This document shows, piece by piece, positions 52,193 to 62,035 of a stretch of DNA of 64,000 nt. Every line of letters begins with the position of its first letter. Within the stretch, counting starts at the first letter, position 1. The translations under genes were made by a program, and so were the position numbers. Source of the stretch: Desulfovibrio sp. (GTDB lineage: Bacteria > Desulfobacterota > Desulfovibrionia > Desulfovibrionales > Desulfovibrionaceae); contig JAITGC010000078.1 of the NCBI GenBank assembly GCA_031280915.1, positions 52,069 to 116,068 of the forward strand, written 5' to 3'. The notes under the pieces were generated by a model. It ran no database searches and was not told where the DNA came from. It worked only from the letters and a program-made list of their open reading frames with translations.

Positions 52193-54130
52193 ATGAATAG
52201 GGAAAGTTCTTCTCCGGATACAGCCCGCATTCTCGAAGATTTGCAATCGGCTGACAGCGACATTGTGCGCGGCGCCATTTTCAGCGCCGGCGACGTGGGG
52301 CTGCGGGAAGCCATCCCTCTGCTCATTGAAAAGATCAAAAGCGAAAATATGGGAGTCCAGGAAGCGGGGGAATATGCCCTGCGGAAATTGCGCGGCCCGG
52401 AAACCGTTGACGGGCTTCTGCCTTTGCTCAGAACCGATGATGCTCCGGTTCGTAATGTGGTGATAGATATTCTGCGTGAAATGGCTTTGGACAACATTGA
52501 AAGCGTCCGCGTCTATCTCCGCGACAATGATCCGGATATCAGGATATTCATCGCCGACATTCTCGGACACTGCGACAATTACAGAGCCGCTGTCCTGCTC
52601 GGCGATGCGCTCCTGAAAGACCCGGAAGTCAATGTCCGCTATCAGGCCGCCTCAAGCCTGGGCAATTTGGCCTTCCCCGAGTCCGTGCCCATCCTCTGCC
52701 AGGCTATGCATGACGAGGAATGGGTGCAATTTTCCGTTATTGAAGCCCTGTCCAAGATAGGGGCGTCTTCGGCCATGAATGCTCTGGTTCAGCTCCTGCC
52801 GCACTCCACCCCGCTTGTCAGCGCGGCGATCATTGACGCTCTCGGCAACATCGGCGACATAAAAATTATTCCCCTGCTCACCAGCGCGATGGAAAACGTC
52901 AATGCGGTTCTGCGCCACAAGATTGTCAAAGCCATTGTGCAGATTCTGCGGGAGAAATCCCTCGTCATGTTAAACCCGAAGACGCGTGAACGCCTTCGGG
53001 TTTACATGCTTGAAGCCCTGGGAGACAATGACGCGGAGATTCTGCTGTCGGCCCTGCGGGGGCTTGGCGTCATCGGCAGAGGGGAGGACAGCGAAACGCT
53101 GTTCCTGTTTGCCGTGAATCTTGACCCTGAAAATCAGGCGGACGTGCATGACGCCGCCGTCAACGCCATAGCCGCCATCGGGTATAACGTCGCCGTGCGT
53201 GAGGCTTTGCGCAGTGCGGACGAGCGGCGGATTTCCGTGGCTATGGAAGCCTGCGGCCGTATTGACGGCTGCGGCTACATAGAGGATTTAAAAAGCGTTT
53301 TCTGGTCTTTCAGCCGGGATATGCAACGGGCGGCCTCTTTGCTGGTGGCGCGGCGCGATTCATCCGAGGACATGCCTTTTTTCGCCTCATTGGTGGAAAA
53401 AACGCAGGATGCCGAAGTATTGAAAAACTCGCTGCTTTTTTTCGGCAACCGGCATGGCTGCGCGGATGCGGAAGCCATTGTTTTCGCGCGGCTTGACCAT
53501 CCTTACCGGGATGTCAAGGAAACCGCCCTGGAAGCGTGTATAAATCTTCACAGCCCGGCTTTGAACGAACGTTTTAAAGAACGTCTCCAAAATCCGGATC
53601 CCATGCAGCGCATGATGGCGGTATACGCCCTTGGCCGTTACGGCGTGGTGGAAAACATTGATGGAATCTCCGACGCGCTGGCGGACGAGTCCCCCGGTGT
53701 CCGGCAGGTGGCCATTGAGGCTTTTCTCAACCTTGGCGTGGAGGCTGAACAGCATTTGACGAGGCTTTTGCCGCGTCTTTTTGACGAAAACAAGGACGTG
53801 CGCGCGGCCTTGGTGGACCTGCTCGGCCATATCGGGACGCAGACGGTTGTGACGCATTTGAGCGTTGCCCTTGAGGATGAAAACGAATGGGTACGCATAC
53901 GCGCCATTGAGGCTCTGGGGTTGCACAGGAGCGTTGAGGCCGTGCCCACGCTGGCACAGATGCTGGAGACGGCAGGCCATTTGGTGGCGCTCAAGATTAT
54001 TGAAACTTTTGGCAGGATCGGCGGGAGTACGGCCTTCAGCGTCCTGATGGGTTTGACCACCCATGATGATCCGGAAATCCAGCATGCTGCGGTCGAAGCC
54101 ATAGAGACCATTCAGGCTGAACAGGAGTAG
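52193..54130 (+). CDS. HEAT-repeat protein of the chemotaxis cluster
   Basis: Repeated L.D.D..VR..A..ALG units; lies between cheB and cheR. Confidence 0.88.
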   Translation: MNRESSSPDTARILEDLQSADSDIVRGAIFSAGDVGLREAIPLLIEKIKSENMGVQEAGEYALRKLRGPETVDGLLPLLRTDDAPVRNVVIDILREMALDNIESVRVYLRDNDPDIRIFIADILGHCDNYRAAVLLGDALLKDPEVNVRYQAASSLGNLAFPESVPILCQAMHDEEWVQFSVIEALSKIGASSAMNALVQLLPHSTPLVSAAIIDALGNIGDIKIIPLLTSAMENVNAVLRHKIVKAIVQILREKSLVMLNPKTRERLRVYMLEALGDNDAEILLSALRGLGVIGRGEDSETLFLFAVNLDPENQADVHDAAVNAIAAIGYNVAVREALRSADERRISVAMEACGRIDGCGYIEDLKSVFWSFSRDMQRAASLLVARRDSSEDMPFFASLVEKTQDAEVLKNSLLFFGNRHGCADAEAIVFARLDHPYRDVKETALEACINLHSPALNERFKERLQNPDPMQRMMAVYALGRYGVVENIDGISDALADESPGVRQVAIEAFLNLGVEAEQHLTRLLPRLFDENKDVRAALVDLLGHIGTQTVVTHLSVALEDENEWVRIRAIEALGLHRSVEAVPTLAQMLETAGHLVALKIIETFGRIGGSTAFSVLMGLTTHDDPEIQHAAVEAIETIQAEQE

Positions 54131-54133
54131 CTT

Positions 54134-55498
54134 ATGACAACGCCGCTCTTTCGCCCTGGCTCCTCTCCCTTGAAAGATAATGAACATGCGTCTTCCGGCG
54201 CTTCTTCCCCGAACGTGGATGCGCGTGTCCCCCTCAAAACAACGTGTGGCGCAACGTCCGCGTCCGCCGTGGGAACCGCTGGGGCCTCAACAGGCCAGAA
54301 GCCGGCCATGCCCGTGAGAACCGCCGTGAACTCTGCCTTTGGGGCCGCCACGCAGACGCTTCTGGCCTCTCCGTTGGCATCAGGCTCTCAAACCACGTCG
54401 TTGCTGAACAAGCCGGCATCTCCCCCATGTGGCCGTTGCGCCCCGCTTCCCGCAAGTCCGCTCAGGGCGGCCTCTCCTGTGGAGGGGACGCGGCGCGTTC
54501 CCGCGCCCGCATCAACGGGTGCGGCGGCTTGGCCCGGAAACACCCCCCGCCCGTCATCATTGCTCAAAAATTCGGCAAACGCGACCGGCGCGACATCGCC
54601 GACCGTACCTCCGTCAATGCCCAAGCCAGCGGCGAGCGCCGCAGCTTCACCTTTCCGCAAGGATTTGCAGGTCAGCGACGATGAATTTGTGCGTCTCAGG
54701 GATTTTATATATCAGCAATGCGGCATTTTTATAGCGGAAAACCGTAAGTACCTTATTGAGAACCGTCTTTCCAGCCGCATTAAAGATTTGAATCTGAAAA
54801 GTTACAACGAGTATTATAATTTTCTCCGTTTTGATGCCTCGCGTAAAGTCGAGTTGAGCAAGCTCTTTGAAGTGGTCACCACAAACGAAACAAGTTTTTA
54901 CAGAAATCCCCCGCAACTGGAGGTTTTTCAAAACGTTGTTCTGGCGGATATTGTCGAGAAATGCCGCAGGGCCGGGAACAAACGCCTGCGTTTGTGGTCA
55001 GCGGGCTGCTCCACGGGCGAAGAGCCTTATACGTTGGCGATTATCCTGCATGAAGTGCTCAAGGGAGATATAGCTTCATGGGATATTAAGATCACGGCGA
55101 ACGATCTTTCAGAAGCCGTCCTCAACGCCGCCCGGCGTGGAATTTACAACGAATACGCCCTGCGCACGACGCCGCCCGGAATTGTTTCAGCCTATTTCAC
55201 AAAAGACGGCAATATTTACAAAATTAATGAATCCCTTAAACGCCTTGTGTCCTTTGGGCAGATAAACCTGAATGAAAAGGAACAACTCAGGCGGGTGGAA
55301 AGATCCCAGATTGTTTTTTGTCGGAACGTGATTATTTATTTTGATGACGATATGAAACGCCGAGTCATTAACGCCTATTATGACAATCTTGAGCCGGGCG
55401 GGGTGCTGTTGATAGGCCATTCCGAATCACTGCACAACATAAGCAGGGCCTTTCAGCTTGAGCAGCACAGAGGAACCATAGTGTACAGAAAAACTTAG
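54134..55498 (+). CDS. cheR: Chemotaxis methyltransferase with long low-complexity N-terminal extension
   Basis: TTNETSFYR, LWSAGCSTGEEPY, FCRNVIIYFD, IGHSESL. Confidence 0.94.
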   Translation: MTTPLFRPGSSPLKDNEHASSGASSPNVDARVPLKTTCGATSASAVGTAGASTGQKPAMPVRTAVNSAFGAATQTLLASPLASGSQTTSLLNKPASPPCGRCAPLPASPLRAASPVEGTRRVPAPASTGAAAWPGNTPRPSSLLKNSANATGATSPTVPPSMPKPAASAAASPFRKDLQVSDDEFVRLRDFIYQQCGIFIAENRKYLIENRLSSRIKDLNLKSYNEYYNFLRFDASRKVELSKLFEVVTTNETSFYRNPPQLEVFQNVVLADIVEKCRRAGNKRLRLWSAGCSTGEEPYTLAIILHEVLKGDIASWDIKITANDLSEAVLNAARRGIYNEYALRTTPPGIVSAYFTKDGNIYKINESLKRLVSFGQINLNEKEQLRRVERSQIVFCRNVIIYFDDDMKRRVINAYYDNLEPGGVLLIGHSESLHNISRAFQLEQHRGTIVYRKT

Positions 55499-55555
55499 TC
55501 TGAATCCCTGGCATGATTACGGCGGAATTCACACTTTTGGAATGCGGGGAAAATT

Positions 55556-55924
55556 ATGAGCAAACATATTCTTGTTGTAGACGATTCAAAAACCATACGT
55601 AACCTTGTCACTTTTGTTCTCAAGGCCGAAGGGTTCAAAGTCAGCATGGCCGAGGACGGTTTGGACGCCATAGAAAAACTTACCATCATCGAACCTGTTG
55701 ATTTGATCCTCTCGGATGTCAATATGCCTCGCATGGACGGCTTCACCTTCATCAAAACCCTCCGCCAGCAGGACGTTTACAAGGATATTCCCATTATCAT
55801 TCTCTCCACCGAGGGACAGGAGCAGGACATTCAGAAGGGCATAAGCCTTGGGGCCAACCTGTATATGGTGAAGCCGGCCCAACCGGAAAAAATGGTTCGT
55901 AATATAAAGATGATTCTTGGCTGA
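55556..55924 (+). CDS. cheY: CheY-like single-domain response regulator
   Basis: ILVVDDS, LSDVNMPRMDG, ILST, YMVKP. Confidence 0.88.
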   Translation: MSKHILVVDDSKTIRNLVTFVLKAEGFKVSMAEDGLDAIEKLTIIEPVDLILSDVNMPRMDGFTFIKTLRQQDVYKDIPIIILSTEGQEQDIQKGISLGANLYMVKPAQPEKMVRNIKMILG

Positions 55925-55988
55925 CCGATAAGGAGAGCAATGCCAGCATTCGGAATAAGCACGCTCTTTCACCATAGAAGGTACGGAT

Positions 55989-58967
55989 ATGAGCCAGGAA
56001 TTTTTCGATCCGGAACTTTTTGCGGATTTTATAGCTGAAGCGAAGGAACATCTTGAAACCATCGAGCCGAATTTGTTGGAACTTGAAAAAGCTCCGACGA
56101 ATCTGGCTCTGCTCAATGATATTTTCCGCCCCATGCATTCGCTCAAGGGGGCATCCGGTTTTTTGGGCTTAAACCGTATCAACCAGCTCGCTCATAAATC
56201 CGAAAATATTCTCGATGAGCTTCGCAAGGGAAGCATGGTGGTGACTTCCGAAATTATGGACGTCATTCTTGCCTCTACCGACGCCCTGCGGCAGATGATC
56301 GACAATCTGGAAGCCAGCAATGCGGAAGGCGATGTGGAAACGGAACACATTATAGCCCAGATTGACGCCATTATGGCGGGGGAAAACGCCCCTGCCGCTT
56401 CTCCTCCATCCGCTTCTCCGCCACCCGTCGCCGAAGCGCCGGCAGAAGCCACGGCCGCCGGGAAAAGTGAAATCGAAACGCCGGAGCCTCCCGGCGATGA
56501 CGCCGCCGGACGGGGAGCGTCTTCAAATGCGGACGATGATGCAGGTGGAATAAGCACAAAGGAATGGATAGCCTCTTTGCCTCCGCATGAGCCGTATGCT
56601 CTGGCCGCTTTCGGCGAAGGACACCTGAAGGATTTTATAGACGAATCTTCCGATATTATAGGCAGCCTCAACGACGGCCTGCTGAAACTGGAAGAAAATC
56701 CCACAGGGCAAGATGAGCTCGTCCATGATATTTTTCGTTTTTTCCACAATATGAAGGGCAATAGCGGCATTATCGGCTATAATGAGTTGAATGCGCTGAC
56801 CCACGAGGCTGAAACGCTTCTGAACAACGTGCGCCAGGGCAAGATTGAAGCCAGTCATGAATTGATCGATCTTTTGCTCCTGGTTGTGGACACGCTGGAA
56901 GCCCTGGTGCAGCATATTGATATTTCCGGGGGCGTGGCGAGTCCTTTTGACACGACTTCGATTATCAAGCAGTTGCAGGAGGTTCTTAACGGTGGCCCCA
57001 TCGCCCTGCCGCCAGAACTTGTGCAGGCCCAGCGCGGCCGCGGCCAGGGGGCGAAAGCCGCCGGGGCGGAGGTTGGGGAGACGGCCGAAGATGCAACGGA
57101 CAAGAAAGACGCCCCATCTTCCGGCGCGCCCGTTGCTCCGGTTATTATCCCCGCCGGAACCGAGGGGGACGATGTTGACGTGTTCCGCGTGACGGTGCGC
57201 CAGCAAATGGAAATCATTCGCGCCGCCCTGGAAACACTGAAGCAGGACGGCGCCCACAAGGACTCCATTGACGCGCTCTATCGTTGTCTTGTCGCCGTCA
57301 AGAATGCCTGCGCCTTTGTCGGGCAGACAGAAATAAAGACCTACGCCGAACGTACTGCGGGGATAGTCGATCAGGGCCGCAAAAGCGACATTGATTTCGG
57401 CATGATGGTAGACCTGTTGTCGCAGGAAACGGGCATCATTGACGACATGGTGCAAAAGGCCCTGACGGAAGGTAAAATCGGCGCAAAAGCTCATGCGGCT
57501 GAAGCTGCTGCCGAAGTCACGGCCGCCCCTGCGGCTCCTGGGCAGGCACAGGCGAAGCCTGGCGCTGAGGGCGAGGCGGCTGGCGTTTCAGGTGAGCAGG
57601 CGGGGCGGCATGAGCCGCCGGCAAAAGCCGCTGCCCCCGCCACTCCGGACGCGGGCAGGGCAAAGGCGGCCACGCCGAAAGCCGCGCCGCCACAGGCCAA
57701 CGCGGCCGCGCAGGACGCTCACAAAAGCTCTTCCACCATACGGGTGGATCATGAACGGCTTGACCATCTCATGAACCTCATCGGCGAGCTTATTATCAAC
57801 AGAAACCGTTATACCCTGATTGCGCGTTCTTTGGAGGGCGATCGCGATGTCGATATCGCGCAGGTGGCCCAAAGTCTTTCCGAGACGACCTATGCCATGG
57901 CGCGTATCTCCGACGATTTGCAGGACACCATAATGAAAGTCCGCATGGTGCCGGTGTCCTCGGTTTTTTCGCGCTTCCCGCGTCTTGTGCGCGATCTCTC
58001 CCGCAAGAGCGGTAAAGAGGTTGATTTGATTATGGAAGGCGAGGAAACCGAACTTGACAAAAGCGTGGTGGAAGTGATCGGCGATCCGCTCGTCCATTTG
58101 ATACGCAATTCGGTGGATCACGGGGTTGAACCGGAGGACGTGCGCATTGCCGCGGGTAAATCTCCAAAAGGCAAAGTGACGTTACGGGCCTTTCACAAGG
58201 GCAATTCCGTGGCCATTGAAATTGAGGATGACGGCAAGGGCATTGATCCGGAAAAGATGCGCGAAGTCGCGGTACGCAAGGGAGTTATCACGGCGGAAGA
58301 GGCCGCGCAGTTGGACGACCGCGAGGCCGTTGAACTGATTTTCGCACCGGGTTTTTCCTCCGCCGAAAAAATTACCGACATTTCCGGTCGCGGTGTCGGC
58401 ATGGATGTTGTGCGCACCAATATAAAAAATCTCAAGGGCAGTGTGAGCACCTATTCCGAGGTGGGCAAAGGAACCCGTTTTACCTTGAGTCTGCCGCTGA
58501 CGTTGGCTATCATTGACGCTTTGATGGTGAATGTCGCTGGTCAGATGTACGCTATTCCGCTGGATGCGGTTTCGGAAACGACAAAAATCGAGGCGGAGCG
58601 GCTGACGGACCTCAAAGGGCGCAAGGCTGTTACCTTGCGGGGGGAAGTGCTCGGCATTGTGGAGTTTTCCGAGATGCTCGGCCTGCCGAAGGCGGCGGCT
58701 TTGCCCGAGGTGCTTTCCGTCGTCGTTATCCACGACAACGAACGCAGGCTTGGTCTTGTGGTTGACCGCCTGCTCGAACGTCAGGAAATCGTCATCAAGC
58801 CCCTGGGAGCATACCTGGGAGACCTGAAAGGCATATCCGGAGCCACGATCATGGGTGACGGCTCTGTGATATTGATTCTGGATCCGCACGAAATTTACCT
58901 TATGGCGACCTCCAAGGCCGCCAGCATATCGGGCTCCGACAGCGCGAAGCAGCAGGGCGTCAAGTAA
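55989..58967 (+). CDS. cheA: Chemotaxis histidine kinase with multiple Hpt domains
   Basis: Hpt HSLKG; IRVD...LD.LMNLIGEL dimerisation domain; HLIRNSVDHG, DDGKG, SGRGVGMDVV; C-terminal CheW domain. Confidence 0.96.
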   Translation: MSQEFFDPELFADFIAEAKEHLETIEPNLLELEKAPTNLALLNDIFRPMHSLKGASGFLGLNRINQLAHKSENILDELRKGSMVVTSEIMDVILASTDALRQMIDNLEASNAEGDVETEHIIAQIDAIMAGENAPAASPPSASPPPVAEAPAEATAAGKSEIETPEPPGDDAAGRGASSNADDDAGGISTKEWIASLPPHEPYALAAFGEGHLKDFIDESSDIIGSLNDGLLKLEENPTGQDELVHDIFRFFHNMKGNSGIIGYNELNALTHEAETLLNNVRQGKIEASHELIDLLLLVVDTLEALVQHIDISGGVASPFDTTSIIKQLQEVLNGGPIALPPELVQAQRGRGQGAKAAGAEVGETAEDATDKKDAPSSGAPVAPVIIPAGTEGDDVDVFRVTVRQQMEIIRAALETLKQDGAHKDSIDALYRCLVAVKNACAFVGQTEIKTYAERTAGIVDQGRKSDIDFGMMVDLLSQETGIIDDMVQKALTEGKIGAKAHAAEAAAEVTAAPAAPGQAQAKPGAEGEAAGVSGEQAGRHEPPAKAAAPATPDAGRAKAATPKAAPPQANAAAQDAHKSSSTIRVDHERLDHLMNLIGELIINRNRYTLIARSLEGDRDVDIAQVAQSLSETTYAMARISDDLQDTIMKVRMVPVSSVFSRFPRLVRDLSRKSGKEVDLIMEGEETELDKSVVEVIGDPLVHLIRNSVDHGVEPEDVRIAAGKSPKGKVTLRAFHKGNSVAIEIEDDGKGIDPEKMREVAVRKGVITAEEAAQLDDREAVELIFAPGFSSAEKITDISGRGVGMDVVRTNIKNLKGSVSTYSEVGKGTRFTLSLPLTLAIIDALMVNVAGQMYAIPLDAVSETTKIEAERLTDLKGRKAVTLRGEVLGIVEFSEMLGLPKAAALPEVLSVVVIHDNERRLGLVVDRLLERQEIVIKPLGAYLGDLKGISGATIMGDGSVILILDPHEIYLMATSKAASISGSDSAKQQGVK

Positions 58968-59005
58968 GGGCGGCGGCGATGCTCCGTCTCGCCGCCGGAG
59001 CGATT

Positions 59006-59034
59006 TAGAGCGGTTCAACATTGAAAATGTTCCA
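59006..59034. repeat. TAGAGCA-family repeat end
   Basis: TAGAGCGGTTCAACATTGAAAATGTT nearly equals the reverse complement of 38256-38281. Confidence 0.65.
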
Positions 59035-59479
59035 ACTTTTCACGCCAAAGGCTCTCGTTGCCGGGGGCCTTTGGCGTGTGTCTTTTTCGGCGGTGGGCTT
59101 CAATCGGTTACAGTTCGCAACCGCCTTTCCCGGATGGCGAGAACGAAAATAATCCGCGCATCCGGGAGTCGGCGGGCCTATGCTCCGGCCAGGGCGTTCA
59201 TCTCCACGCTGGCGATGACGCCGCCGTAGTCGGGGTCCGTTCCCACATAGGTGTAGTGGGCGCGGTCGCCGACGTTGCCGTCATGGCGCCAGTCGCCGCC
59301 CATGTCGATCTTGCCGGCCCCGTTGATATTGATGCCTATGTCCGCCAGGCCGCCGATATTGGAGAAATCCCCGCCGCCCACGAGGATTTCCATATTCTGG
59401 ACTGTCCCGGCGGAGAGCAGATCCTCCAGGGAGTCGAAGTCTCCGCCGAAGGAATCCAGGAACAGGGCGTCAACCCCCG

Positions 59480-60700
59480 CGCCGCCGTCGATGGTGACGC
59501 CGTTGCCGGAAATTGATCCGCCCACGCGCGTGATGTCGTTGCCGTCTCCGGCGTCGATGGTGATAAGGGAAGAGGAGGAAGTGGCGACGTCTCCTCCGAT
59601 GTGAATTGTGTCGTTGCCGTCTCCGCCGTCGATGGTGACGAGGGTGGCGGCGGAGGATGCGGTGACGTTTCCGATGCGAATCTCGTCGTCGCCCGCGCCG
59701 CCGTCGATGGTGATGAGAGAATTGGAGGCGTACGCCGCGACGGTGACGTTTCCGATGTGAATCTTGTCGTCGCCGTCTCCGCCGTCGATGGCGACGAAAC
59801 CGCCGTAAGACGTGACCCTCCCGATGTTGATCTCGTCGTGGCCCGCGCCGCCGTCGATGGCGACGGAACTGGGATAGCCGGAGGCGGAGACGGAGCTGAT
59901 GTTGATTTTGTCGTGGCCCGCGCCGCCGTCGATGGCAACGGAACTGGAACTGCCGTCGGAGAGGGACGAGTGGGACTCAATGGACCCTGTGATGTTAATT
60001 TCGTCGTCGCCGTCGCCGGCGTTGATGGAGATGGAAGAGAGACTGCCTAAGCGGCCCCAGGAGTCGATGGTTCCGATGTGAATCTTGTCGTCGCCCGCGC
60101 CGCCGTCGATGACGATGGAACTGGAAGCGCCGCCGGCAACGCCGGAGTCGATGCCCTGGATGTGAATTTCATCGTCGCCGTCGCCGCCGCTGATGGTAAC
60201 GGGACTGTCGGGGCCGACGCCGATGTATCCCGCGATGTGAATCTTGTCGTCGCCGTCTCCGCCGTCGATGGCGACGAAACCGCCGTAAGACGAGACCCTC
60301 CCGATGTTGATCTCGTCGTCGCCCGCGCCGCCGCTGATACGGATGTCGCCGCCGTCCGCCTGGACGTCTCCTCCGATGAGAATTGTGTCGTCGCCCGCGC
60401 CGCCGCTGATACGGATGTCGCCGCCGTCCGCCTGGACGTCTCCTCCGATGTGAATTGTGTCGTCGCCGTCTCCGCCGTTGATGGCGACGTCGCCGTTTGC
60501 GCCGACGCCGACGGCGACGGCTCCTTCGATGTTAATCTTGTCGTCGCCCTTTCCGGCGTTGATGGCGACGTCGCCGTTTGCGCCGACGCCGACGAATCCT
60601 TCGATGTTAATCTCGTCGTGGCCGTCTCCTGTGTTGATGATGGTGGCGCCGCCGGAGGCGGAGTGTCCCGTGAGATGAATCTTGTCGTCTTTGCCGCCGG
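59480..60700 (-). repeat. Intragenic tandem repeat array (about 24-27 aa units containing GGxGDD)
   Basis: Near-exact 72-bp tandem duplicate (IGGDVQADGGDIRISGGAGDD x2) and a dispersed duplicate (IGRV(S/T)SYGGFVAIDGGDGDDKIHI x2). Confidence 0.85.
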
Positions 60701-61617
60701 AGGTGATGTTGTAGCCTTCTCCGCCGCTAAGGCTCTTGCCGTCATGGGTTTCGCCCTGAATGGCGTTGGCGAGGTACCAGGCGTCGTCGCCGTGCTGGCT
60801 CTGAAAGGTATGGCTGTTAAAATCATTGGAGTTTTGCGGCACATAAACCTGGACGGTATGCTCTTGGCCGTCATTGCCCATGACCCTGTAATAGCCCTCC
60901 AGGGGAGAAGACAGGCAGGCCAGAACGCCCTGCAAGGTGAGGGTGAAGACCAGTTCGCCGTTGCCGTTCACCTCCGCCTCCAGGTAGTCTTCCATATTTT
61001 CGGTTCCGAAGGCGGCCCAGCCTATGGGCGTGATGGCGTTGCCCCCCTGGCCGACGCGGCCTATGGCCACATGTTCGCCTTCCTCGGCGTTGAGGGAATG
61101 CAGCACGGCGCGGACGTCGTAGGCGTTGGCCGACGGTCGCGGAGGCGGCGGAGGCTCGACGGGGGGGGGCGTCGCCGGCGGGGGCGTGACGACAGGGGGC
61201 AATGTCCGTGAGTGGGCCTCCCCCTCTTCTTGCGTCCGGGCCGGGGAGAAGGCCAAGGGTTCCAGGGCCGCCAGCCCGTCGGGGTTGTTGATGTTGAAGT
61301 TTTCGTCCAGATTGCCCAGACGCCCGACGCCGGCCATGAGGTCGCCGTCGGCGAAGCTGGAATAGCGCCCGCCGCGTTCGCTGACGCCCAGTCCTGCGGC
61401 CGGGGCTATGTCGGGAGCGAAGGATTCGAAGAATTCCATGCCCGCCACAAGGCGGTCATCAACCTGAAATTCGGGGAGATTTTCCTTGGAGTATTCGAGG
61501 TAGAAGTTTTCCACTTCCACCACCGCGCCGTCCTCAAATTTGAAGACGAGGTTGTCGCCGGCGCGGTCGATTTCAGTCTGGCCTGCTGAAAAGTTCAGTA
61601 TTATCTTATAGTTATCT

Positions 61618-61628
61618 GGGGGGGGGGG
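61618..61628. repeat. G11 homopolymer (C11 on coding strand), candidate slipped-strand switch
   Basis: 11 consecutive G starting 50 nt into the adhesin gene, at the exact site of the frameshift. Confidence 0.85.
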
Positions 61629-62035
61629 ATGCGCATTGTCTGGCCCTGTGGCGGCCTGTCGAGGATGAGCTCAGCCATATCTTCCTCCTGCTTCATTATT
61701 CGGGGCATATGAATGTTTGTTCACATGCCGCTGGAAAAATTTTTTGTCTCCAGGCCCTGTCGCGCATGGGCCATGACATGAGCCGATGGCCTGCGCATGA
61801 AGCCCGCTCTCCGGTTGAGGCCGGTTGAGAGAGTGGCTTCATCGTTACACCCGTTATACGAAGGCGTCAACAAAAATCCGGGAAGGGGAAATTTTGGGCT
61901 GCCTGAATGCGGGTGAGAACGCCGGAAAAGTTGCCGCCAGATGAACAGGCCCGGAGATGACCGCCAGAGCCACGATGCCGTCAGGCAAGGATTGGTGAAA
62001 ATGCCGCTTGACCTCAGGGCGGGGCCAAATATGCT

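Larger units (their letters stand above)
59178..61678 (-). pseudogene. T1SS-type RTX/Ca-binding repeat surface protein (adhesin-like), frameshifted in a C11 tract; phase-variable OFF state or sequencing indel
   Basis: AGGAGG RBS plus ATG at 61678 (MAELILDRPPQGQTMRIPPP) is out of frame with the 781-aa ORF; 9 or 12 C restores ...PDNYKIILNFSAGQTEIDRAGDNLVFKFEDGAVVEVENFY; many IDGGxGDD repeats. Confidence 0.8.

Noticed and set aside
50747-52570. Long antisense ORFs (607 aa here; also 13563-14897, 21007-22395, 44178-45644, 47550-49043)
   Set aside because: Shadow frames of well-supported genes in GC-rich DNA, with no motifs of their own.
55509-55524. Possible internal sigma54 promoter before cheY (TGGCATG-N4-CGGCG)
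   Set aside because: The -12 element lacks TTGC; too weak to call.
59480-60700. Regularly spaced repeats that could look like a CRISPR array
   Set aside because: They are in-frame, degenerate GGxGDD coding repeats; no identical direct repeats with unique spacers and no cas genes.
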